A stretch of 64,000 bases of DNA from the NCBI GenBank assembly GCA_964291625.2, contig OZ220089.1, forward strand, positions 1,632,001-1,696,000, read 5' to 3'. This document shows, piece by piece, positions 55,042 through 64,000 of the stretch; position 1 is the first letter of the stretch; each line of letters begins with the position of its first letter. A program made the translations under genes and the position numbers. The stretch comes from Candidatus Latescibacterota bacterium (GTDB lineage Bacteria > Latescibacterota > UBA2968 > UBA8231). The notes below the pieces were generated by a model. The model ran no database searches and had not been told where the DNA came from. It worked only from the letters and a program-made list of their open reading frames with translations.

Positions 55042-56312
55042 CGCAGACCCCCCGCCTCCAGCACCGAGACCACGGCCGCCCGCGCCGCCTCCGCCTGCCA
55101 CCACACCAGCCCCTGCAGCGCCGCCCAGGCCGCGCAGGCCCCGGCGAAGAGGCGGCCCCCGCGGCGCCAGCCCTCGTGGGCGGCGGCGGCGCCGAAGATC
55201 AGCAGCAACGGCTCCAGGGGCAGGCGGAAGCGCGTCGAGCCGTAGAGCAGGAAGCAGAAGACGGCCGTCGAGAGGACGACGACCGCCGCCGGATAGCGGA
55301 ACCCCGGGCTCCGCCCCCAGCGGGCCAGCCCCCAGACCCAGAACGGCGCCGCCAGCACGAAGGCGGCGTTGTACCCGGGCTGGAAGAAGTACCCGAACCG
55401 CAGGAAGCGCTCGCCCGCCAGGCGCAGGTATCCCAGGGGATGGGCGGCGATCCAGCCGAGGCCCTGCCGCCACCAGCGCCGGTCCCGCTCCACCTCGCCG
55501 GGCACGGCCTCGAAGTGTCCGCCGTCGATGCGCCAGCCGTCGGGCTGCCGCCAGTCCGGCCGGTCGGCGTTGCTGCGGGCGACGATGAAGCCGCCGTGGG
55601 TGGAGACCGGGATGAAGGCGCCGTGGACCAGGGCGTTGCGGGCGGTCCACGGCGCCAGGGTCGCCACGAGACCGGCCCCCAGGGGCAGCGCCCAGCGCCA
55701 GAGCCAGCCCCGCAGCGCCGCCCGGTCCTCCCAGGCGGCCACGGCCAGCACCGCCGGCGCCGCGAGCAGGCCCACCGGTCGGGTGAGGCCGGCCAGGGCG
55801 ATCAGCGCGCCGGCGGCGAAGGCCCAGCGGCGGCCGGGACGGTGGCGGCTCTCGACCGCGGCCCAGAGGGCGGCCACCAGCAGGCCGGTGAAGAGGCACT
55901 CGCTCATCACCTCGTTGGCGCTGGCCAGCAGCGGCGGGTAGAGGGCCGCCGCCACGCCGGCCGCGGGCGCCGCCGAGGGCCGCAGCCGCAGGGCCAGCAG
56001 GTAGACCAGCGACACCGTGAGCGCCCCCAGGACCGCCTGCGCCATCCTCACCGCCTGGTGATCGAAGCCGGCGGCCCCGTACACGGCGGCCAGCATCAGC
56101 GGATAGCCCGGGGCCCGCCACGAGCGCACCGGGTGGCCGAACCAGTTGTCGTGGGAGACGAACCCCTCCCCGGCGAGCAGGTTGCGGGCGATCTCGTCGT
56201 AGTCGGGGGTGTCCTGGGGCGGCGCTTCGGGGGCGGCGCTCACGTACAGGATGCGCAGCGCCGCGGCCCCGGCGAAGAGCCATCCGGCAAGGCCCATCCG
56301 GGGACGGCGCAT
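55038..56312 (-). CDS. ArnT/PMT-like (GT-C) membrane glycosyltransferase
   Basis: Multi-TM; D.PDYDEIA.NL..G.G, RAPGYP, SECLF, LTRP, PWTARN. Confidence 0.8.
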   Translation of the reverse strand: MRRPRMGLAGWLFAGAAALRILYVSAAPEAPPQDTPDYDEIARNLLAGEGFVSHDNWFGHPVRSWRAPGYPLMLAAVYGAAGFDHQAVRMAQAVLGALTVSLVYLLALRLRPSAAPAAGVAAALYPPLLASANEVMSECLFTGLLVAALWAAVESRHRPGRRWAFAAGALIALAGLTRPVGLLAAPAVLAVAAWEDRAALRGWLWRWALPLGAGLVATLAPWTARNALVHGAFIPVSTHGGFIVARSNADRPDWRQPDGWRIDGGHFEAVPGEVERDRRWWRQGLGWIAAHPLGYLRLAGERFLRFGYFFQPGYNAAFVLAAPFWVWGLARWGRSPGFRYPAAVVVLSTAVFCFLLYGSTRFRLPLEPLLLIFGAAAAHEGWRRGGRLFAGACAAWAALQGLVWWQAEAARAAVVSVLEAGGLR

Positions 56313-57646
56313 CAGGCGCCGAGGACCTCGTCGAAGCACTCCGCCAGCCGGCGGGTCAGCTGGCGCCGGTGGAAGCGTTCCAGGCCGGTCTCCGCGCGCG
56401 GCAGGGACCCCTCCCGCCATCCCGCCCACAGCCGCCGCAGGGCCGCCTCGATGGCGTCGGTGTCGCCCGGGGCCGCGCACAGCCCGGCGTCCAGCTCCTC
56501 CACCGTGCGCCGCGTCTCCCCCTCGCCGCAGAGGCCGAGGATCGGCTTGCCGGCGGCGAGGTACTCGAAGAGCTTGCCCGGCGCGTTGGAGGCGGGCCAC
56601 GGCCGCGGGTGGTCCACGAGGAGGAGCACGTCGGCGCGCCTCTGGAAGGCCAGGGCCGTGGCGCGGTCGACGGCGCCGGTGAGCCGCACCACGCCCAGCT
56701 CGGCCAGGGCCGACACCCGCTCCCGCTCGGCCGGGGACAGCTCGCCCACCAGGATCACCTCCAGGCGGTCGCACCACGCCGGCTCGGTGTCGACCAGCCG
56801 GCGCAGGACCCGCTCCAGGGGCTCGATGGAGCGGCCGGGGTGGCTGTAGGCGAAGCTGCCCGTGTGCACCAGGCTCAGGCGCCCGGAGACCGGCGCCCCC
56901 TCCGGATCGGCCTCGGCCTGCGCAGCCTCCCCGTCGGCGGGGTCGAAGCCGTTGGTGATGACGCGCACCTTGGCGGCCTCGGCCGGATAGCGGCGGACGA
57001 AGTCGTCGGCGGCGGTCCCCGTCGCCGAGATCACGGCGTCGGCCCCGGCCATCACCCGCTCCTCGAGGCGGCGTTCCAGCTCGCGGCGGAAGGGCCTCTC
57101 CAGCAGGGCGGGCTCCAGCGGGTCGTAGAGCCAGGCGTCGCGGAAGTCGGCGATCCACGGCAGTCCCGTCTGCGCCTTGAGCAGGCCGCCGAGCAGGTGC
57201 GCCGAGGCCGGCGGGCTGGTCGTGTAGATCGCCTCCGCTCCGTGGCGCCGCACCCAGCGCAGGGCGGCGAGCGCGGCCCACGGAACCCAGGTGATCTGCC
57301 CGTCGGGGACCAGCAGCCAGCGCCGCGCCCCCGCGGAGAGGCCGGCCAGGGGGCCCCGCGTGCGCGTGCGGGTGGCGGCGGCGCCCCGGTGCCGGGCGGC
57401 GGGGTTGAAGAGGCGTCGGTAGAGCCCCAGCGGCTCCCAGGCGCGGATCACTCCGTCCTTCGGCCTTCCGAAGGCGCCCGTGCCCACCACCCGCGGCTGG
57501 TAGCCGAACTCCGGCAGATAGTGGGTGAACCGGGCGGAGCGCTCCACGCCCGGCGAACGCATCGGCGGGTAGTGGTAGGCGACGAAGAGAACGGTCCGGA
57601 GGGGCGGAGCCCCGTCGGCCGGGGTGGCCTGCGGCGGTGGCGTCAT
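56312..57646 (-). CDS. Glycosyltransferase family 4
   Basis: VLFVAYHYPP, TTSPP.S.H, WIADFRD.W, ITNGFD, PGKLFEYLAAGKPIL. Confidence 0.9.
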   Translation of the reverse strand: MTPPPQATPADGAPPLRTVLFVAYHYPPMRSPGVERSARFTHYLPEFGYQPRVVGTGAFGRPKDGVIRAWEPLGLYRRLFNPAARHRGAAATRTRTRGPLAGLSAGARRWLLVPDGQITWVPWAALAALRWVRRHGAEAIYTTSPPASAHLLGGLLKAQTGLPWIADFRDAWLYDPLEPALLERPFRRELERRLEERVMAGADAVISATGTAADDFVRRYPAEAAKVRVITNGFDPADGEAAQAEADPEGAPVSGRLSLVHTGSFAYSHPGRSIEPLERVLRRLVDTEPAWCDRLEVILVGELSPAERERVSALAELGVVRLTGAVDRATALAFQRRADVLLLVDHPRPWPASNAPGKLFEYLAAGKPILGLCGEGETRRTVEELDAGLCAAPGDTDAIEAALRRLWAGWREGSLPRAETGLERFHRRQLTRRLAECFDEVLGA

Positions 57647-57754
57647 CAGTCGAGAGAAGGCCGAAACTAAGGCGTCCCCGGGGGCCGCCTCAAACCGTTC
57701 GACGGCCCTCCGCGCCGGTAGCCGTTCAACGGGACAGGGCCTATATTGGAGGCC

Positions 57755-58228
57755 ATGAGCCTGCTCGATATCCTCTCCGTGGAATCGGCCATCGTCGGCC
57801 TCGAGGGAGAGACCAAGGACGACATCATCGAGGAGCTCGTCGACTCGCTCGATGTCGGCGCCTCCATCACCGACAGGGACAAGGTCCTGCAGGCGGTGCT
57901 CGAGCGCGAGAAGATCATGAGCACCGGCATCGGCGACGGCATCGCCATCCCCCACGGCAAGTCCGACGCCGTCCTCGAGCTCGCCGCCGCCCTCGGCATC
58001 CACAAGCGCGGCGTCGACTTCGAGGCCCTCGACGGCGAGCCGACCTTCGTCTTCTTCCTCCTCGTCTCCCCCGCCAGCATCTCGGGCCCCCACATCAAGG
58101 CCCTGGCCCGCATCTCCCGCATGTTGAAGAACGACAGCTTCAAGAAGAAGCTGATCGAGGCCGGGTCCTCCGAGGAGATCCTCGAGGTCATCGGAGAAGA
58201 AGAGAAGAACCACCCGCCCGCCGGGTAG
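57755..58228 (+). CDS. ptsN: PTS EIIA component (Ntr/fructose-mannitol type)
   Basis: VLERE..MSTGIG.GIAIPHG (phospho-His), VDFEALDG.P, HIKALARISR. Confidence 0.8.
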   Translation: MSLLDILSVESAIVGLEGETKDDIIEELVDSLDVGASITDRDKVLQAVLEREKIMSTGIGDGIAIPHGKSDAVLELAAALGIHKRGVDFEALDGEPTFVFFLLVSPASISGPHIKALARISRMLKNDSFKKKLIEAGSSEEILEVIGEEEKNHPPAG

Positions 58229-58240
58229 CGGCGGCGCCGC

Positions 58241-60316
58241 TTGCAGTTCCTCAACCCCCTGGCCCTGGCCGGGCTCGCGGCGGCTCTCGTCCCCCTCGCC
58301 GTCCACCTCCTGCACCGCGGGCGCCCCCGGGTCGTCCCCTTCAGCAACGTCGCCTTCCTGCGGCGGGTCCACGTCAGCCACATGCGCGGCCTGCGCCTGC
58401 GCCAGTGGCTGGTGCTGCTGCTGCGCATGCTCGCCGTCGCCTGCCTGGCCCTCGCCTGCGCCCGCCCCGCCCTGCAGGAGGGCGCCGGCCTCTTCGGAGG
58501 CTCGCGGCCGGCGGCGGCCGTGCTCCTTCTGGACCGCTCCCTCAGCACCCGCCACAGCCCGCCCGGAGGCCGCGCCTTCGACCGTCTCCGCCAGCGCGCC
58601 GACGAGGTCCTGTCCGTGTACGAGGACGGCCGCCACCGGGTGAGCGTGATCCCCTTCGCCTCCCGCCCCGACAGTGCCGACGGTTCGGCGGTGAGCCTCC
58701 TGCGGGAACGCCTGGCCGAGGTCGCCCCGGGCGAGGCCGGCACCGACGTGTCCCGGGCCCTGCGCGCCGCCGGCCGGCAGCTCGCGCGGACGCCGGCGGC
58801 GCGGGGGGAGGTCTTCCTGTTCACCGACCTGGCGGGCACCGGCTGGGAGGACGTCCGCCCCGGCTTCCTCGGCCCCGAGCCGCGGTCCCTCTTCGTCGTC
58901 TCTCCCGCCGGCGGCCGGCAGCGCAACCTCCACGTCTCCAGGGTGCGCGCCGCGGGCTGGCTCGCCGCCCCGGGCTCGCGCCTCGGCATCGGCGCCCGGG
59001 TGGGGCAGTCGGGGGGCGGCGAGGCCGATCTCTCCGTCGACCTCTTCCTCGACGGCGAGCGCGTGCAGCGGCGGCGGGTGCAGGTGCCGGCGTCGGGGGC
59101 GGCCGAGGTGGCCTTCACCGTAGCCCCCCGGCGCAGCGGCCGGCTCCCCGGCTTCGTGGAGGTCGAGGCCGACGATCTGCCCGCCGACAACCGCCGCTAC
59201 TTCATCCTCCAGGTGCCCGACGGCATCGCCGTCCTGCTGGCGGGGCCGGCCCGGAGCGACACCTACTACGCCCGCCGCGCCCTGGCCGCCGCCGCCACCG
59301 GAGACGCCGCCCTGAAGGTGGAGTCCACCACCCTCGACGAACTGGACGAGGACAGACTGGCCGGCGTCGACGTGCTGGTCCTGTGCCACCTGGAGAACGC
59401 GACAGCCGCGCAGGCGAGGCAGGTGCGGCGCTTCGTCGAGGCCGGGGGCGGGCTGCTGCTGCTGCCCGGTCCGGCGGCCGACCTCTCCCGCCTCAACCGG
59501 GACTGGCTGCCGGGGCTGGTGCCGGCCACCCTCGCCGGCGTCGCCGGACGGCCGGGCGAGGAGGCCTACGCCGTTCTCGACTCGAACACCGCCGACGCCG
59601 GGCTCTTCGCCGGCCTCCTGGCCGAGCCCGGGGACCGGCCCCGCTTTCACGCCCGCTTCGACGTGGTCACCCGGCGCCAGCTCGCCGTCCTCGCCCGCTT
59701 CGACGACGGCAAGGCCGCCCTCGTCGAGGGCCGGCCCGGCGAGGGGCGCGCCCTGCTGTGGGCCGTGCCCCTCGACCTGGCCTGGAGCGACTGGCCGCGG
59801 CGCGGCTCCTTCGTGCCGCTGCTGCACCGGCTCTGCCGCTACCTCGCGCGGCCGGCGGGGGACGCCGCCTACACGGTGGGGGACCGCGCCTGGCGCCGCC
59901 TTCCCGGCTCGCAGGTGGACGACCGCGTGCAGGCGCTGGCGCCCTCCGGCCGCCGACGGTTCATCCGCGCTGAGACCTCCCTCGGGGACCTGCGCTGGGC
60001 CCTGCCGCCGCTGGACGAGGCGGGCATCTGGCGCCTCCTGGGGCCTGACGGCGGCGTCCGCGACGAGTTCGCCGTCAACGTCGACGCCGCCGAGTCCGAC
60101 CTCACCGCCCTGTCGGAGGAGGAGGTCCGCGAGCGGCTCCCGGGGACGAGCCTCCACTTCCTCGACGACGGGGCGCCCGTGGGGGAGCGGGTCCTGGCCC
60201 TGCGCCACGGGCGCGAGCTGTGGCGGGAGTGCCTGGTCCTGGCGCTGGTGCTGCTGCTGCTGGAGTTGTGGATCGGGCGGGCGCCGCTGCCGAAGGGGGC
60301 GGCCCGGGAGGCCTGA
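58241..60316 (+). CDS. BatA N-terminal domain / vWA / Ig-like / GATase1-like membrane protein
   Basis: MQFLNPLALAGL...VHLL...PFSNV.FL, LLLRML...ARP, LLDRSLS (MIDAS-like), LFTDL, D.L.ADN, FAVN...ESDL, C-terminal TM. Confidence 0.85.
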   Translation: MQFLNPLALAGLAAALVPLAVHLLHRGRPRVVPFSNVAFLRRVHVSHMRGLRLRQWLVLLLRMLAVACLALACARPALQEGAGLFGGSRPAAAVLLLDRSLSTRHSPPGGRAFDRLRQRADEVLSVYEDGRHRVSVIPFASRPDSADGSAVSLLRERLAEVAPGEAGTDVSRALRAAGRQLARTPAARGEVFLFTDLAGTGWEDVRPGFLGPEPRSLFVVSPAGGRQRNLHVSRVRAAGWLAAPGSRLGIGARVGQSGGGEADLSVDLFLDGERVQRRRVQVPASGAAEVAFTVAPRRSGRLPGFVEVEADDLPADNRRYFILQVPDGIAVLLAGPARSDTYYARRALAAAATGDAALKVESTTLDELDEDRLAGVDVLVLCHLENATAAQARQVRRFVEAGGGLLLLPGPAADLSRLNRDWLPGLVPATLAGVAGRPGEEAYAVLDSNTADAGLFAGLLAEPGDRPRFHARFDVVTRRQLAVLARFDDGKAALVEGRPGEGRALLWAVPLDLAWSDWPRRGSFVPLLHRLCRYLARPAGDAAYTVGDRAWRRLPGSQVDDRVQALAPSGRRRFIRAETSLGDLRWALPPLDEAGIWRLLGPDGGVRDEFAVNVDAAESDLTALSEEEVRERLPGTSLHFLDDGAPVGERVLALRHGRELWRECLVLALVLLLLELWIGRAPLPKGAAREA

Positions 60317-60658
60317 TCAGGCGTCGAGGCCGCGCAGCATCTCGAAGGTGTAGATGCCGTCCTCGTGGCCGTCGGCCCAGTGGATGCGGATGCCGTAACG
60401 GCCCACCGGGTCGAAGCCCCGGGCCTCGGAGGTGGGCGTCAGCTCCTCGGTGGTGACGAGGGGCAGCTCCGCCGCCACCAGCTGCGGACCGTGGGGCTCG
60501 CCGCGCTTCTGGCGGCAGATGGCGCAGGGGCACCGCATCCGCAGGTCCTGCAGGTCGTAGCGGCTCTCGCGGCCGTCCTGCCAGCGGATGCTCAGGGCCT
60601 CGTCGCCCAGGTCGATCCGCTCCGGCCGGCGCTTCCTGCGCTCCTGGAGACCTCGCAT
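60317..60658 (-). CDS. DUF971 domain protein
   Basis: LSIRWQDG.ES.Y....LR..CPCA.C, PVGRYGIRI.W.DGH..GIYTFE.LR. Confidence 0.9.
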   Translation of the reverse strand: MRGLQERRKRRPERIDLGDEALSIRWQDGRESRYDLQDLRMRCPCAICRQKRGEPHGPQLVAAELPLVTTEELTPTSEARGFDPVGRYGIRIHWADGHEDGIYTFEMLRGLDA

Positions 60659-62025
60659 CACCAGACCTCCCCGGCCAGGCGCGCCTCCAGCTCGTAGGCG
60701 TGGGCGCCGGTGATCTCCACCTCGGCGAAACGGCCCACCAGCCGGTCTGCGTCGGCGGCCTCCGGCGCCGCTCCCTCGATGGGGGTCAGGCCCTCCGTCC
60801 CCGGCGTCTGGAGAACCACCTGCCCGTCGATCTCCGGGGCGTCGCGCTCGAGGCGGCCGGTGATCCGCCCCTCGGAGACGGCGTCGATCAGCATCTTCCG
60901 CCGGGTGCCGACCATGTCGTGGTTGATGGCGGCGGAGATGCGCTCCTGGAGCTGGGTCAGGCGGCGGTAGCGCTCGGCGGCCGCGTGGGCCGGCAGCTTG
61001 CCGTCCAGCTCGAAGGCGGCGGTGCCCTCCTCGTCGGAGTAGAGGAAGCAGGTGGCGTTGTCGAAGCGGGTCGTCTCGATGAACTCCAGCAGCTCCTCGA
61101 ACTGGTCCTCCGTCTCTCCCGGGAAGCCGACGATGAAGGAGGAGCGCAGGCCGACGCCGGGCATGCGCCGGCGCAGGCGGTCCAGCAGGTCGAGGGTCTT
61201 GCGGCGCGTGGTGGCCCGCTTCATGCGCCGCAGCACCGGGTCGGCGATGTGCTGCAGGGGCATGTCCACGTAGCGGCACATCTTCGGGTGGCCGGCGTAG
61301 AAGTCGAGCATCTCCCCCGTCCAGAAGGCCGGGTAGGTGTACATCAGCCGCAGCCACTCGATCCCTTCCACCCCGGCCAGCTTCTCCAGCAGCGGCACCA
61401 GCCGCGGCCGGCCGTAGAGGTCGGCGCCGTAGCGCACCGAGTCCTGGGCCACCAGGACCAGCTCGCGCACCCCGGCCGCCGCCAGCCGCTCCGCCTCGGC
61501 CACCAGCTCCTCCACCGGCTCGCTCACATGGCGGCCGCGGATGGCGGGGATGGCGCAGAACGCGCACTGGTGATCGCAGCCGTCGGAGATGCGCAGGTAG
61601 GCCCAGTGGCGCGGCGTCAGGCTGGTGCGCGGCAGCCGGTCCACGTAGTGGCCGCGGCTGCGGCCGAGGAGGCGGTCCACGTGGCGCACGATGTCCCGCT
61701 CCTCGCGCAGGGTGAGGACCACGTCGGCCTCTCCGGACAGCTCCGCCTTCACCTCCTCCTCGTAGCGCGTCGACAGGCAGCCGGTGACGACCACCCCCTT
61801 GCAGCGGCCGGACTCCTTGAGACGGGCGGCGGCCAGGATCGTGTCGATCGACTCCTCCTTGGCCGGCTCGATGAAGCCGCAGGTGTTGACGATGACCACG
61901 TCCGCTTCCCCGGGGTCGCCGGTGAGGGCGTAGTCGTTGCCGCGCAGCAGGCCGAGCATGCGCTCGGAGTCGACCGTGTTCTTGGGGCAGCCGAGGCTGA
62001 TCAGGTGGACGCGGGAGTCGCTCAT
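60658..62025 (-). CDS. rimO: Ribosomal protein S12 methylthiotransferase
   Basis: SLGCPKNTVDSE, NTCGFIEPAKEESI, YLRISDGCDHQCAFCAIP, DMPLQH, DAPEIDG. Confidence 0.96.
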   Translation of the reverse strand: MSDSRVHLISLGCPKNTVDSERMLGLLRGNDYALTGDPGEADVVIVNTCGFIEPAKEESIDTILAAARLKESGRCKGVVVTGCLSTRYEEEVKAELSGEADVVLTLREERDIVRHVDRLLGRSRGHYVDRLPRTSLTPRHWAYLRISDGCDHQCAFCAIPAIRGRHVSEPVEELVAEAERLAAAGVRELVLVAQDSVRYGADLYGRPRLVPLLEKLAGVEGIEWLRLMYTYPAFWTGEMLDFYAGHPKMCRYVDMPLQHIADPVLRRMKRATTRRKTLDLLDRLRRRMPGVGLRSSFIVGFPGETEDQFEELLEFIETTRFDNATCFLYSDEEGTAAFELDGKLPAHAAAERYRRLTQLQERISAAINHDMVGTRRKMLIDAVSEGRITGRLERDAPEIDGQVVLQTPGTEGLTPIEGAAPEAADADRLVGRFAEVEITGAHAYELEARLAGEVW

Positions 62026-63125
62026 GGGTATTTGCGCTGCAGGAAGGATACGGCCTCGCGGACGATGTCGTCCTCGACGCCGTCCACGACCTCGACGCGG
62101 CCGATGCCGCGGGCGAGGATGAAGCGGTTGCGCCCGGAGGCGCGCTTCTTGTCGGCCCGGGTGTGCTCGAAGATACGCCCGGCGTCGATGCCGGCGACCC
62201 CGGGGCGCACGCCCAGCCGCTCGATGAGGGCGTCGTGCCGGGCCCGCGCCCCGCCGCTCTCCCACAGGCCGAGGAGGGCGGCGATCTCGGCGGCGGCGGC
62301 CATGCCGAGCAGCACCGCCTCGCCGTGGCGGAAGCCGTAGCCTGAGGCCGCCTCGATGGCGTGCCCCAGGGTGTGACCGTAGTTGAGGATCGCCCGCAGG
62401 CCGCCCTCGCGCTCGTCGGCGGCGACCACCTCGGCCTTGATCCGGGCGTTGCGGGCGATCAGGTCGTCGAGCTCGGCGGCGCCGATGCCCATCTCCACGA
62501 CCTCCTCGAGGCGCCGCTCCAGGAAGGCGAAGAGCTCCTCGTCGCGGATGACGCCGTGCTTGACGACCTCCGCCAGGCCGGCCACCACCTCCTCCCGGGG
62601 CAGGGTGCGCAGGCTGTCGGTGTCGGCCAGGACCAGCCGCGGCTGGTGGAAGGCGCCCACCAGGTTCTTGCCGTGGCGGAGGTTGACCGCCGTCTTGCCG
62701 CCGATGCTGGCGTCGACCTGGGAGACGATCGTCGTCGGCACCTGCACCACGTCGACCCCGCGCAGGTAGCTGGCGGCCACGAAGCCGGCCAGGTCGCCGA
62801 CGACGCCCCCGCCGACGGCGGCGACCCAGGCGCCGCGGTCGAGGCCGGCGCCGGACAGGCCCGAGGCCAGCTCCTCCACCGAGGCCAGGTTCTTGCCCTC
62901 CTCGCCGGCGGCGTACTCGAGTACGAGAACCTCGAAGCCGGCCTCGCTCAAGCTGCGGCGGGCGCTGTCGACGAAGGTACCCGCCAGTGCCGCGTCCCCG
63001 ATGAGGGCGCAGCTCATCCCCAGCCCCAGGCCGCGGCAGCGCTCCCCGAGAACGCCGACGGCGCCGTGACCGACGACGATGTCGCAGGATCGCCCGTCGG
63101 GCAGGCGCACGGGGACCTCTCTCAT
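62022..63125 (-). CDS. aroB: 3-dehydroquinate synthase
   Basis: GGGVVGDLAGFVAASYLRG, PTT...VDASIGGKTAVN, GKNLVGAFHQP, LNYGHTLGHAIE, HGEAV. Confidence 0.97.
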   Translation of the reverse strand: MREVPVRLPDGRSCDIVVGHGAVGVLGERCRGLGLGMSCALIGDAALAGTFVDSARRSLSEAGFEVLVLEYAAGEEGKNLASVEELASGLSGAGLDRGAWVAAVGGGVVGDLAGFVAASYLRGVDVVQVPTTIVSQVDASIGGKTAVNLRHGKNLVGAFHQPRLVLADTDSLRTLPREEVVAGLAEVVKHGVIRDEELFAFLERRLEEVVEMGIGAAELDDLIARNARIKAEVVAADEREGGLRAILNYGHTLGHAIEAASGYGFRHGEAVLLGMAAAAEIAALLGLWESGGARARHDALIERLGVRPGVAGIDAGRIFEHTRADKKRASGRNRFILARGIGRVEVVDGVEDDIVREAVSFLQRKYP

Positions 63126-63658
63126 CTTCGGCACTCCTCCAGGCGCCGGGCCAGGCCGCCCGCCACCGCCTCGGCCGAGGTCTCCTCCGAGGTGCGCACG
63201 GTGATGTCGGCGGCGCCGTAGAAAGGGGCCCGCTCGGCCAGCATCTCCTCGATCTTTCGGCGCCGCTGATCCGGCGTCAGGCCGGCCAGCAGGGGCCGGT
63301 CCTCCTTGCGGGACAGCCGCTTCAGGATCGACTCCACGTCGGCCTCGACGCAGACGAGGACGGCGCCGGCGCCGCGGATCGCCTCCCGGTTCCGGCTTCG
63401 GGTGATCGCCCCGCCGCCGAGGGCGACGACGGCCCCGTCGAGGGCCGCCGCCGCCCGCACGCAGGCGGACTCCAGCTCGCGGAAGGCTTCCTCGCCGCGG
63501 TCGGCGAAGATCTCGGGGACCGTCTGCCCGGCGCGCTCTTCCACCATCTGGTCGGTGTCGTAGAAGGGGCGGCCGAGACGGGCCGCCAGCAGCCGGCCGA
63601 TGCGGCTCTTGCCGGTGGCCATGAAGCCGGTGAGGAAGATCGGCCGCGCGCGCTCCAC
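63122..63658 (-). CDS. aroK: Shikimate kinase
   Basis: LTGFMATGKSRIG (P-loop), GEEAFRELE, ALGGG, RPLL. Confidence 0.96.
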   Translation of the reverse strand: MERARPIFLTGFMATGKSRIGRLLAARLGRPFYDTDQMVEERAGQTVPEIFADRGEEAFRELESACVRAAAALDGAVVALGGGAITRSRNREAIRGAGAVLVCVEADVESILKRLSRKEDRPLLAGLTPDQRRRKIEEMLAERAPFYGAADITVRTSEETSAEAVAGGLARRLEECRR

Positions 63659-64000
63659 TACATCTCCTCGGGGGCGCTCATGGCCAGCAGGTCCAGCCCC
63701 GTGCGCAGGACCCCGCGCGCCCCGTCCACGAGCCGCGCCCGCGCCGCCGTCAGACCCTCGTCCCCGGCCACCAGCACGGGCACCTCGTTGTAGAGCTTGT
63801 TGGCCGCCGTGGCCAGCTCCAGCAGGTAGCCGGCCACGTACGACGGCTCGTTCTCCCCGGCCGCGGACTCGACGACGCCGGGGAACTCCGACAACTTGCG
63901 CGCCAGCCGCATCTCCCCGTCCTCCCCCAGGCGTCCGGTGTCGGCGGCCGGGTCCACGGGGCGGCCGTGGCGGCGCAGGATGCTGCAGTAGCGGGCGTGG
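63658..64000 (-). CDS. argS: Arginyl-tRNA synthetase, C-terminal anticodon-binding (DALR) part; partial
   Basis: HARYCSILRR...EPS.VA.YL.ELA...N.LY...VL...AR..LV...VL..GL.LL...APEEM*. Confidence 0.9.
   Translation of the reverse strand, partial: HARYCSILRRHGRPVDPAADTGRLGEDGEMRLARKLSEFPGVVESAAGENEPSYVAGYLLELATAANKLYNEVPVLVAGDEGLTAARARLVDGARGVLRTGLDLLAMSAPEEM

Noticed and set aside
57647-60208. Apparent 850-aa N-terminal extension of the GT4 ORF (56312-60208)
   Set aside because: It overlaps ptsN and the BatA gene on the other strand; GT4 similarity starts only at ~57646
1-64000. tRNA, rRNA, integrase or prophage genes
   Set aside because: None recognised; the islands have no visible integrase or att repeats within this window

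Overview
High-GC bacterial DNA with about 45 genes. No rRNA, tRNA or CRISPR array was seen. Secreted proteins with DFDxxG...FxDFFLFA dockerin/EF-hand motifs and FlgD-Ig/T9SS-like sorting domains, tandem DUF6785-like membrane proteins and eukaryotic-like YWTD/WD40/Kelch repeat proteins suggest an FCB-group organism such as Ca. Latescibacterota, possibly host (sponge) associated. That assignment is inference only. The first ~43 kb is accessory. It holds two decayed toxin-antitoxin loci, a duplicated beta-helix gene, and a low-GC island (OmpR-type two-component system, IS481 remnant, B12-radical SAM enzyme, PAP2-like membrane protein) with matching GTTACA direct-repeat boxes. It also holds putative glycan-active enzymes, very large secreted repeat proteins behind a candidate sigma54 promoter, and a translationally coupled HTH/RHH - DUF4258 - FRG operon. 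The last ~21 kb has a tandem DUF6785-like duplication, a phosphomannomutase, a surface-polysaccharide operon, ptsN-like EIIA, a BatA/vWA protein and the argS-aroK-aroB-rimO-DUF971 run. Best candidates for undescribed systems: (1) a conserved N-terminal export cassette in which the normally C-terminal FlgD-Ig/T9SS-like domain is nested inside a carboxypeptidase-regulatory-like domain and carries interchangeable passengers, including an unrecognised 100-aa Cys-pair domain; (2) the HTH/RHH-DUF4258-FRG operon as a possible defence or TA module; (3) the radical SAM island apparently controlled by its own two-component system. All family calls are by-eye motif recognition; no searches were run.
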